Shown piece after piece: positions 46,971 to 54,134 of a stretch of DNA of 57,816 nucleotides. Position numbers and translations under genes: made by a program. Under the pieces are notes generated by a model that saw only the letters and a list, made by a program, of their open reading frames with translations, searched no databases and had not been told where the DNA came from. The DNA is taken from NCBI GenBank assembly GCA_045632185.1, contig JAZQWF010000057.1, forward strand, positions 1 to 57,816, given 5' to 3'. How positions within the stretch are numbered: the first letter of the stretch is position 1; each line of letters starts with the position of its first letter. Source of the DNA: Eubacteriales bacterium. GTDB lineage: Bacteria; Bacillota; Clostridia; Oscillospirales; CAG-272.

Positions 46971-47369
46971 ATGACGAAAAATATGATAGAAGTAGTAGCT
47001 GCTCTTATATGGAACGCAAATAAATTTATGATCTGCCAACGTCCGGCGCACAAGGCAAGAGGTCTCCTGTGGGAGTTTGTTGGTGGCAAAGTCGAGCCGA
47101 GCGAAACAAAAGAGCAAGCACTTATTCGCGAGTGCAGGGAAGAATTGAATGTTCTTCTTTCTGTCGGTGACATATTTATGGAGGTTACTCATGAGTATCC
47201 CGATATAACAGTGCATTTGACTTTGTTCAATGCAGCCATTGCTGAGGGCAAACCGCAGAAGTTAGAGCACAACGATATCAAATGGATCACACCAAGCGAG
47301 ATCGCGAAGTATGAGTTCTGCCCGGCAGACGAAGAAATACTTGCAAGAATTTGCGAGGTATACAAGTGA
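46971..47369 (+). CDS. MutT-type Nudix hydrolase
   Basis: Nudix box GKVEPSETKEQALIRECREELNV preceded by LWEFVGG; 132 aa. Confidence 0.85.
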   Translation: MTKNMIEVVAALIWNANKFMICQRPAHKARGLLWEFVGGKVEPSETKEQALIRECREELNVLLSVGDIFMEVTHEYPDITVHLTLFNAAIAEGKPQKLEHNDIKWITPSEIAKYEFCPADEEILARICEVYK

Positions 47370-47740
47370 AAAGTTACGAAACTGAAGCTCGTGAACGCTA
47401 TGGTAATACTGTAGCTTATAGGGAACATGAGCAGAAAACAAAGAATTACAAAAAAGAGAAGTGGGCAGAGGCAAACGACGGCTTGATGGCAATCTTTGCT
47501 GAGTTTTCCGCGTGCAAGGATAGCGGCGTGAGTGCCGATTCTGCCGAGGCACAGGCACTTGTTGCAAAGCTTCAGGCGCACATCACCGCCAACTACTACA
47601 CCTGCACAGACGAGATTCTCGCAGGGCTTGGCAAGATGTACGTTGCCGACGAGCGATTCAAGAAGAATATCGACAAGTATGGCGTGGGAACTGCGGAGTT
47701 TGCGGCAGAAGGGATAAGGATATATGTTGAAAATAAATAA
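47366..47740 (+). CDS. Stand-alone TipAS (antibiotic-recognition) domain protein
   Basis: YETEARERYGNTVAYREHEQKTKNY...GKMYVADERFKKNIDKYGVGTAEF matches the TipAS domain. There is no MerR HTH. The GTG start overlaps the Nudix TGA (GTGA), with GAGG 7 nt upstream. Confidence 0.75.
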   Translation: MKSYETEARERYGNTVAYREHEQKTKNYKKEKWAEANDGLMAIFAEFSACKDSGVSADSAEAQALVAKLQAHITANYYTCTDEILAGLGKMYVADERFKKNIDKYGVGTAEFAAEGIRIYVENK

Positions 47741-48122
47741 ACGTTTTTTGATTGCTCTTCTAACTTTTGCGTTGCCATTTGGATGCGTTGGATGCTCGAA
47801 TGGCGGTTCTGCGACCTATGAGCAGATCAGCGGAGCAGAAGCCAAGGCATTGATGGACAGCGAGAGCGGATATATCATCCTTGACGCAAGAGAACAGGAT
47901 GAATACGACGAGGGGCACATCCCCGGAGCGCTTCTCATTCCTTATGGCGAAATTGCCGACCGCGCTGAAAAGGAGCTTCCCGATAAGGATCAGTTGATTC
48001 TCGTCTATTGCCGAAGCGGCAGACGAAGCAAAATCGCAGCCGAGGAGCTTGTCAAGCTCGGTTATACCAATGTAAAAGAATTCGGTGGCATTATCGATTG
48101 GGAATATGATATTGTGAAATAA
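47724..48122 (+). CDS. Rhodanese-domain lipoprotein
   Basis: Signal/lipobox LLTFALPFGCVGC|S. Active-site loop CRSGRRS. Overlaps the TipAS gene by 17 nt. Confidence 0.8.
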   Translation: MLKINKRFLIALLTFALPFGCVGCSNGGSATYEQISGAEAKALMDSESGYIILDAREQDEYDEGHIPGALLIPYGEIADRAEKELPDKDQLILVYCRSGRRSKIAAEELVKLGYTNVKEFGGIIDWEYDIVK

Positions 48123-48135
48123 GGAAGGTGCGATA

Positions 48136-48639
48136 ATGAATTCATGGCATGTAGGCGTTGCAGCTGAAGCAATGGTGGCTGCTCAATTTGCGCGATATGG
48201 ATATGATGTCTCTGTTCAGTATGGTGCGGATCAGCCCGAATACGATCTTATTGCAAGCCGTGGTGATGAGATACTCAAGGTATCTGTTAAGGGAAGCAAA
48301 GATGGTAGCTGGGGCTTAACTCAGAAATTCAAAAAAGGACGTACATACCACGAGGCAATCGAGATGTGGTTAAGTGGTCACCACAAGAAAACCATTTTCT
48401 GCTTGGTGCAGTTTGAGGATGTTGATGACTGTCAAATGCCGAGAATGTATCTGGCTTCTCCAGAGGAAATTGCATATGTGATGCGCAAGGAAGCTGCAGG
48501 ACGTGGTGATACCATTTTGTATGAATATCATGAATGGAGTCCTACCGCACAGGCATACGGAACGACCGATAAAATCCCCGAAGAATGGCGCTTCACTAGA
48601 GAGCGTGCAGATGAAATATTTACGAAGTACGCAAGGTGA
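48136..48639 (+). CDS. PD-(D/E)xK-like (Hjc/YraN-like) restriction-endonuclease-fold protein
   Basis: N-terminus GVAAEAMVAAQFARYGYDVSV...PEYDLIASRGDEILKVSVKGS follows the E...D...(D/E)xK layout, but SVK stands where ExK is expected. The C-terminal half is not recognised. Confidence 0.45.
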   Translation: MNSWHVGVAAEAMVAAQFARYGYDVSVQYGADQPEYDLIASRGDEILKVSVKGSKDGSWGLTQKFKKGRTYHEAIEMWLSGHHKKTIFCLVQFEDVDDCQMPRMYLASPEEIAYVMRKEAAGRGDTILYEYHEWSPTAQAYGTTDKIPEEWRFTRERADEIFTKYAR

Positions 48640-48657
48640 TTTAAAAGGTAATCTGAC

Positions 48658-49083
48658 ATGATTAAAGAACTTATGCACGATCCCATCTTCCTTGCAGGGA
48701 AGTCGGAGGTCGCAACAAAAGAGGATTTGCAGGTGGCTAAGGATCTGCTTGATACGCTGATGGCACATAGAGAAAGCTGTGTCGGTATGGCGGCGAATAT
48801 GATTGGTGTTCGTAAGCGCATTATCGCCTTTCTTGATGAAAGTGGACGAGCTCCTACATACACCGTGATGCTCAATCCAGAAATCATCAAAAAGGACAGC
48901 GCATACGACACCGAGGAGGGCTGTCTGTCGCTTCTCGGCGGCCCCCGTAAGTGCAAGCGCTATAAGACCATCAAGGTGCAGTATCAGACCTTGGATATGC
49001 AAACGCGCACGAAAAACTTCACCGGCTGGACGGCGCAGATCATTCAGCATGAGGTGGATCATTGTAATGGGATATTGATTTGA
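48658..49083 (+). CDS. def: Peptide deformylase, short divergent form
   Basis: Motif 2 EEGCLS and motif 3 QHEVDH are present. Motif 1 reads GMAANMIG, with Met where the conserved Gln of G-x-A-A-x-Q is expected. 141 aa. Confidence 0.8.
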   Translation: MIKELMHDPIFLAGKSEVATKEDLQVAKDLLDTLMAHRESCVGMAANMIGVRKRIIAFLDESGRAPTYTVMLNPEIIKKDSAYDTEEGCLSLLGGPRKCKRYKTIKVQYQTLDMQTRTKNFTGWTAQIIQHEVDHCNGILI

Positions 49084-49123
49084 CGCACAGATCTGCGTAG
49101 CAAACTGCGTAACAGAACAAACG

Positions 49124-49161
49124 AAAAAAGCCTTGGAAACAAAGTGTTCCAAGGCTTTTTT
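49124..49161 (+). terminator. Intrinsic terminator ending the AT-rich cassette
   Basis: aaaaaaGCCTTGGAAaCAaagTGtTTCCAAGGCtttttt. Confidence 0.85.
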
Positions 49162-49254
49162 ATGGTCGAGGTGACAAGGTATTCGCGCGGTGCGCGAAAA
49201 TTCACGCGCCCTGCGCCTGGCGTGCAAGCCCGCCGATCTTCGGGCGGTGAAACC
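49161..49254 (+). repeat. Direct repeat, copy 1 (identical to 57723-57816)
   Basis: tatggtcgaggtgacaaggtattcgcgcggtgcgcgaaaattcacgcgccctgcgcctggcgtgcaagcccgccgatcttcgggcggtgaaaccgaacttgcgt is identical base for base in both places. Copy 2 is cut by the window end. Confidence 0.95.
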
Positions 49255-49352
49255 GAACTTGCGTTGTTGCAAAGCAACAACCAAGCTCGCAAATGCCACG
49301 CACAAGCACAAAGAAAGCACCGCCAAAAGGGCGGTGCTTTCTTTATGGTCGA
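49161..49352 (+). ncRNA. Candidate structured small RNA or MITE-like element (unclassified)
   Basis: Four consecutive hairpins (TTCGCGCggtGCGCGAA; CACGC-N12-GCGTG; CCCGCCgatcttcGGGCGG; CTTGcgTTGTTGCaaaGCAACAAcCAAG) followed by the terminator-like AAAGCACCGCCaaaaGGGCGGTGCTTTcttt. TTTATGGTCGA occurs at both ends (49159-49169, 49342-49352). Confidence 0.3.
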
Positions 49353-50139
49353 ACTGAATTGGTCTAATACGAACCACCTGGTTCTTGTTTTTTATATTAC
49401 ATAGTAATATAAGTTTCCAAAATCACCACTATCAAAGGCAAGTTTTTGTCACCGAACAAACAGGCAAGCAAAGAAAATCCCCGTTTTTGTCTGCCCGGAG
49501 TATGGCGCTATTATAGCGCAATGCTCCTTTTGTCAATGAGGAGGGGACGAAGAAAAGACTCACCCAAATAGTATAACAGATATTGCAGGCGCTTTTGTTG
49601 CGCGATTTCGAAAAATTTCTCAAAAAAGTTTTGCAATGTTGAAATCTTGATAAACTTTTATCATTCACATTCACAACGACAACGAAGTAAGCACTATTGA
49701 ATGCCAAGTTGACGGCGATTGACGGTATCTTTGCAATCGGGCTTTTGAAGAAAAAACTCTTGTTTGTGTAGCTGCGGCAGATTTCGATGCAGAAGAAGAC
49801 TTTGGAAAAGAGGATACGGCCGATCAAAGCAAGGGGTGTGCCGAGCCGGCGTGTAAACTCGCTCGGAAAACGGCGCTGTTAGGGGGGAGTTGGTGATTTT
49901 TTTGCTTTTTTCTCCGTGGACGGAGTTGATTTCAAAGCCTCTATACATAGTATAGAGGCTTTGCACTGCAAATGTTTTATGAAAAGAGAGAAAATTCCGG
50001 ACGATTCGACAATTACGCGCGTGCGCGTATGTATGAAATTTTAGTCATATTGTTGATTTTTTTTGCACAAATATACATAAAAGTGGGCGCTTCAAAGCGC
50101 CGTTTTTTCTTTTTGGTGACAGCACCGCGTCCCGGTCTC

Positions 50140-50168
50140 TTGCAAAATCGAACGCGTTGTGTTACAAT
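50140..50168 (+). promoter_or_regulatory. Sigma-70 promoter with an extended -10, upstream of the envelope operon
   Basis: TTGCAA (50140-50145) - 17 nt - TACAAT (50163-50168), preceded by TGT. This leaves a leader of about 165 nt before ATG 50335. Confidence 0.55.
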
Positions 50169-50334
50169 ATGTGCGAATTTGTTGATTTCAAAAAGCATTT
50201 TTATTGCAACACCAGCATCACATTCCTGGTAAAATCCGTTCCTGTTACTCGTAATCCGGCGCTTTGCCGTTCTCCGTTTTGCACGCGCGTCCGGGGGACA
50301 AGCAAATCCTTATTTCGTTTGTTTAGGAGTTATT

Positions 50335-51765
50335 ATGCTATATTTTGCGCTTACTTTGGTGCTGGCCGCAGCCTTTGTTGTCGGCTTTCTATTGTTTACT
50401 AAAATAGCACCTCAAAAACAAAACACCTTGCTTAAAGCAGCGGCCATACTTTTGTGCACCATTGGCTTCTTCCGCTTGATGCTCTCGGACTCATTCATGT
50501 TCGTCATTAACGGTGGATACTACGGCGAAACCTTCTATGAGGTTACCGATCCCTTGCAGACTGTCCTGCGTTGGGGTTACTACCTCAATTATGCCGTACT
50601 GCCAATAGCTATCTTTTTTGACAGCCGTCTTTTCCGCAACATTGCCTGCTATTTCTGCTTACCCTTTTCGCTGCTTAGTGCCTTCTTTTTTATGGATTTT
50701 ATGCCCTATTTCCTGGCAGCCGAAGGGAATGGACTACACCTTGTGCCCTGGTTCCGCTATGCCTACTTTGTATTGGAGCTGGCTGTTGCCATTGCCATTC
50801 CGGTTCTCATTCAGATCTGCTATCGCCACGTGCTGAACGTAAAGGACCGCAAGGAGCTTTTGCGCCTGGGCGTTACGCTTCCCGTTATCGTTGCACTGAT
50901 GATCCCGGTTTATGCTCCGCAATCGCTTTTCGGTTATTCTCAAACGATCGCAAAGCAGGGCTCAAATTTCCACCTTGTATGGATTGTGCTGCTGGTGGCT
51001 TCCACTCTGGCGCTTTATTACCTTTTCCGCTTCAAGCCCTACCGTGAGCGTTATATGCTTTGCGTGTTTCTCACCATTGTGCTTTTCTTCCATTACGATT
51101 CGCTTTATCTGATGGGCTTCAGTATCCCGCGCCTGCCGATCCAGCTGTGTAACATTGCTTCCTATCTTTACATGATTGCCATTCTGTTTAAGGCGACGCG
51201 CTTGTTTCAGTTTTGCTTCATTGCCAATATTACGGGTACGGTCCTTGCCATTCTGTTGCCTGACTTTACGCCCGGCGCCTTTGGCTTCTGGAATATGCAT
51301 TTTGTATTAGAGCACTCGCTGGTGCTGATGATCCCCGCGCTTGCGATGGGACTGCGTATCTTCCCGCGCATCACCAAAAAATCCCTGAAATACACCTTCA
51401 TCGGCTTTTCTATCTATTTTGTGTTCTGTCTGACGTCCGGTATGATCCTGAACGGCTATTCTGACGTTACCGGATTCGAGGTCAATTACTTCTTCCTTTT
51501 CGATCTTGAAAAAGCCTTCGCACAATTCCCGTTCTTTACCTTTACCGAGCGCGTACACTGGCAATTCGGACGCTTTGAGGTCTATCCAGTTTTCGTTTTT
51601 TGCATCTATGTGATTTTTCAGCTGCTTTGTGTTTGCTTTTATCACGCGGTGTGTTACTTTTACAAGCTGGAGGACGACCATCTTGCATTGCGTCGCTCGG
51701 CCATCGAGATGCGCGAAAGACGAACCGGCAAGCCGTCCCGTGCACCCAAGGAATTCGTTGACTGA
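50335..51765 (+). CDS. Polytopic membrane protein with a YwaF/TMEM164-like C-terminal half
   Basis: 476 aa with at least 12 hydrophobic segments. The motif RLPIQLCNIASYLYM resembles the LP(L/I)xLC signature of the TIGR02206/YwaF family (recalled). Confidence 0.55.
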   Translation: MLYFALTLVLAAAFVVGFLLFTKIAPQKQNTLLKAAAILLCTIGFFRLMLSDSFMFVINGGYYGETFYEVTDPLQTVLRWGYYLNYAVLPIAIFFDSRLFRNIACYFCLPFSLLSAFFFMDFMPYFLAAEGNGLHLVPWFRYAYFVLELAVAIAIPVLIQICYRHVLNVKDRKELLRLGVTLPVIVALMIPVYAPQSLFGYSQTIAKQGSNFHLVWIVLLVASTLALYYLFRFKPYRERYMLCVFLTIVLFFHYDSLYLMGFSIPRLPIQLCNIASYLYMIAILFKATRLFQFCFIANITGTVLAILLPDFTPGAFGFWNMHFVLEHSLVLMIPALAMGLRIFPRITKKSLKYTFIGFSIYFVFCLTSGMILNGYSDVTGFEVNYFFLFDLEKAFAQFPFFTFTERVHWQFGRFEVYPVFVFCIYVIFQLLCVCFYHAVCYFYKLEDDHLALRRSAIEMRERRTGKPSRAPKEFVD

Positions 51766-51786
51766 TACCGATAAGGAGCTTATATT

Positions 51787-52524
51787 ATGGTAGAAATCAA
51801 AAATTTGACAAAAAGCTACGGCAACTCTGCCGCGAATGCCGTAGAGAATCTTTCCATCTCTTTGCAGCCCGGCGAGATCTATGGCTTTCTGGGATCCAAC
51901 GGTGCCGGCAAAAGCACCACCATCAAGTGCCTTGTCGGTATTTATCCCTTCCAGCACGGCGATATCCTCGTCAACGGCATCTCGATCAAGACCAATCCGC
52001 TTGAGGCGAAAAAGCAGATCGGCTACGTTTCCGATAACCACGCCGTATTTGAACGCCTGACCGGACGCGAATACGTCAACCACATCGCCAACCTTTACCG
52101 CGTTAATATTGCCGATATGGAGCAGCGGTGCGCACGCCTTTTGAAGATCTTTAAGCTGGAGGAGGCGTTTGACCGTCCCATCAAAAGTTATTCGCACGGT
52201 ATGAAGCAGAAGATCACCGTGATTGCGGCGCTGGTACACAACCCCAAGCTCTGGGTGCTGGACGAGCCGCTTACAGGCCTTGATCCGCAAAGCGCTTACC
52301 AATTAAAAAAGGTTATGAAGCAGCACGCGCGAGAGGGGAATACGGTATTCTTCAGCTCGCACATTCTTGACGTGGTGGAAAATCTGTGCCAGCGCTGCTG
52401 CATCATTGAAAAAGGACACCTGCAGGGTGTTTACGACCTCAAGCAGCTGAAGGCTGAGGGCCGCTCGCTGGAGCGTATTTTTATGCGCGTGACGGGCGAG
52501 GTCGGCGAAGACGAGGATCTGTAA
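51787..52524 (+). CDS. ABC transporter ATP-binding protein
   Basis: Walker A GSNGAGKST, signature YSHGMKQK, Walker B LWVLDEPLTGLD. Confidence 0.9.
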   Translation: MVEIKNLTKSYGNSAANAVENLSISLQPGEIYGFLGSNGAGKSTTIKCLVGIYPFQHGDILVNGISIKTNPLEAKKQIGYVSDNHAVFERLTGREYVNHIANLYRVNIADMEQRCARLLKIFKLEEAFDRPIKSYSHGMKQKITVIAALVHNPKLWVLDEPLTGLDPQSAYQLKKVMKQHAREGNTVFFSSHILDVVENLCQRCCIIEKGHLQGVYDLKQLKAEGRSLERIFMRVTGEVGEDEDL

Positions 52525-52525
52525 T

Positions 52526-54127
52526 ATGACAACGATTCTGGACTTGCTTCGCTTGCAGATCGACAATAAAACGGATCTGTTCAAAGCGGCATCACCGCAA
52601 AAGATGGCGTGGGCTGCTTTTAAGATCCTGCTTGCAATGGGTGTTGGCATTGTGGGCGTGGCAGTGCTTTTGCTGCGCATCTTTTCGCTTGGCATTCACA
52701 TCAATGCGGAATTGCTTGGTATCCTTCTGGTGATCGTGCAGGGTATTTCGGTTTGCTTTGCCATCGGCCATATCATCACCACCCTGTATCTGTGCCGCGA
52801 TAACGAAATGCTGATCTGCCTGCCCGTAACGCCCAATCAGCTCTTCATTTCCAAGATGCTGCTGCTTTATTGCAAGGAGCTGGGGGTAAACACGATCATC
52901 TCCTTGCCGCTGCTGCTCTCGCTTGGCTTTTTCGGCGGTCTTGGCCCTGCCTTCTATTTTTCCATTCCGCTGATCCTTTTGATCCTGCCCGTGTTTTCGA
53001 TCGCCTTTGCGGCGCTGCTCAGCTTGCCGATCATGGCGGTTATCCGCTTCCTTAAGCCGCGCCCCTTCCTTTCCGTTGTCACCATTTTGCTTTTGGTGGG
53101 CGGATGCCTTTTCGGCTATATCAGCCTGATCGGCAGTGTAGCGGAAAGCTTCAATATCGCGGCAAAGCAGCTGGAAACGGTGCGCGCCATCAATGCCAAG
53201 GTGCTTGATATCGGCGGCAAGATCCCGTTCTACTATCAGGTGGCAAGCGCCATGTTTGACTTCAAAAGATGGTATTTCTTCGCCCTTTACCTTGCCATTT
53301 CCGTTGCGGTGTTCGTGGTGACCATCCTCTTTGTCCGCCCCCTGTATTTCAGGATCGCTATGACAAGCCTGGAAAACACGGTAAAGACCAAGCGCCGCAT
53401 CAAGCATTATGTAAACCGCTCGCCCTTCGTCAGCCTGATCGAGCGCGAGATCCGCTGCATCTTCCGCTCTCCCACCGACATTTTCGATTATTTCCTTTTC
53501 ACCTTGCTGATGCCCTTTATCGTGTTCACTTATGACAAGCTGCTGATGACGATCACCGTTAATCAGGCGGGTATCAATATGATCGCGGGCTCGCACATGA
53601 TGATCGTGGCGATTATGGCAATGCTTTCCAACATCGTTTCGGCCTCGGCCATCTCGCGTGACGGAAACAACTTCCATACCTCCAAGACCATTCCCATCAA
53701 CTATTTTGAGCAGGTCTTTGCGAAGGTCGCCTTCAATGCCATCTTCACGGTTGGCGCACTGTTGCTCACCATGGTGGTGTCCTTCTTCATTTACCCTGCC
53801 TGGCAGGTCATTCTCGGTACCGTTGCCGTCATCTTTGCTGCCATCGGGCATATTGCGTTCAGCGCAGATATGGATATCAAATCCCCCACCATCAATATGC
53901 AGGGCAACGAGGCAGCCTCTACCACCAGCAAAAGCACGCCGAAAAGCCTGATCTCCGGCCTTATCATCGGCTTTATCATGGGCTTGCTTGTTATTATGTA
54001 TTCGGGCGGCGGCAATCCCCTCACTGCATACCTGTTGCTGATCGTGGCGTCGGTCATCTTTGCCGTGTACCGCATCCGAATGCTGGTTTTGCGCATCAAT
54101 CTCACTTACGATAAAATAGAAATGTGA
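52526..54127 (+). CDS. Large ABC-exporter-type permease (about 12 TM)
   Basis: 533 aa, highly hydrophobic, starting 2 nt after the ATPase stop. Resembles the putative-ABC-exporter permeases of Firmicutes. Confidence 0.65.
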   Translation: MTTILDLLRLQIDNKTDLFKAASPQKMAWAAFKILLAMGVGIVGVAVLLLRIFSLGIHINAELLGILLVIVQGISVCFAIGHIITTLYLCRDNEMLICLPVTPNQLFISKMLLLYCKELGVNTIISLPLLLSLGFFGGLGPAFYFSIPLILLILPVFSIAFAALLSLPIMAVIRFLKPRPFLSVVTILLLVGGCLFGYISLIGSVAESFNIAAKQLETVRAINAKVLDIGGKIPFYYQVASAMFDFKRWYFFALYLAISVAVFVVTILFVRPLYFRIAMTSLENTVKTKRRIKHYVNRSPFVSLIEREIRCIFRSPTDIFDYFLFTLLMPFIVFTYDKLLMTITVNQAGINMIAGSHMMIVAIMAMLSNIVSASAISRDGNNFHTSKTIPINYFEQVFAKVAFNAIFTVGALLLTMVVSFFIYPAWQVILGTVAVIFAAIGHIAFSADMDIKSPTINMQGNEAASTTSKSTPKSLISGLIIGFIMGLLVIMYSGGGNPLTAYLLLIVASVIFAVYRIRMLVLRINLTYDKIEM

Positions 54128-54134
54128 GCTTATT

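Noticed and set aside
49161-49200. tRNA 3'-end look-alike on the minus strand (plus strand TGG-T-CGAGGTG-ACAAG-GTATTCG...), which would suggest a tRNA att site
   Set aside because: After the putative T-loop the sequence is CGCGG, which cannot pair with ACAAG, so there is no T-arm. I found no D-arm or anticodon arm either. The second TATGGTCGA unit (49344-49380) fails the same test. I therefore do not call it a tRNA or tmRNA fragment.
49144-49404. 86-aa ORF (MFQGFFMVEVTRYSRGARKF...) covering the repeat element
   Set aside because: It starts inside the preceding terminator hairpin, has no SD, and has an Arg/Gln-rich low-complexity sequence. The region is better explained by RNA secondary structure.
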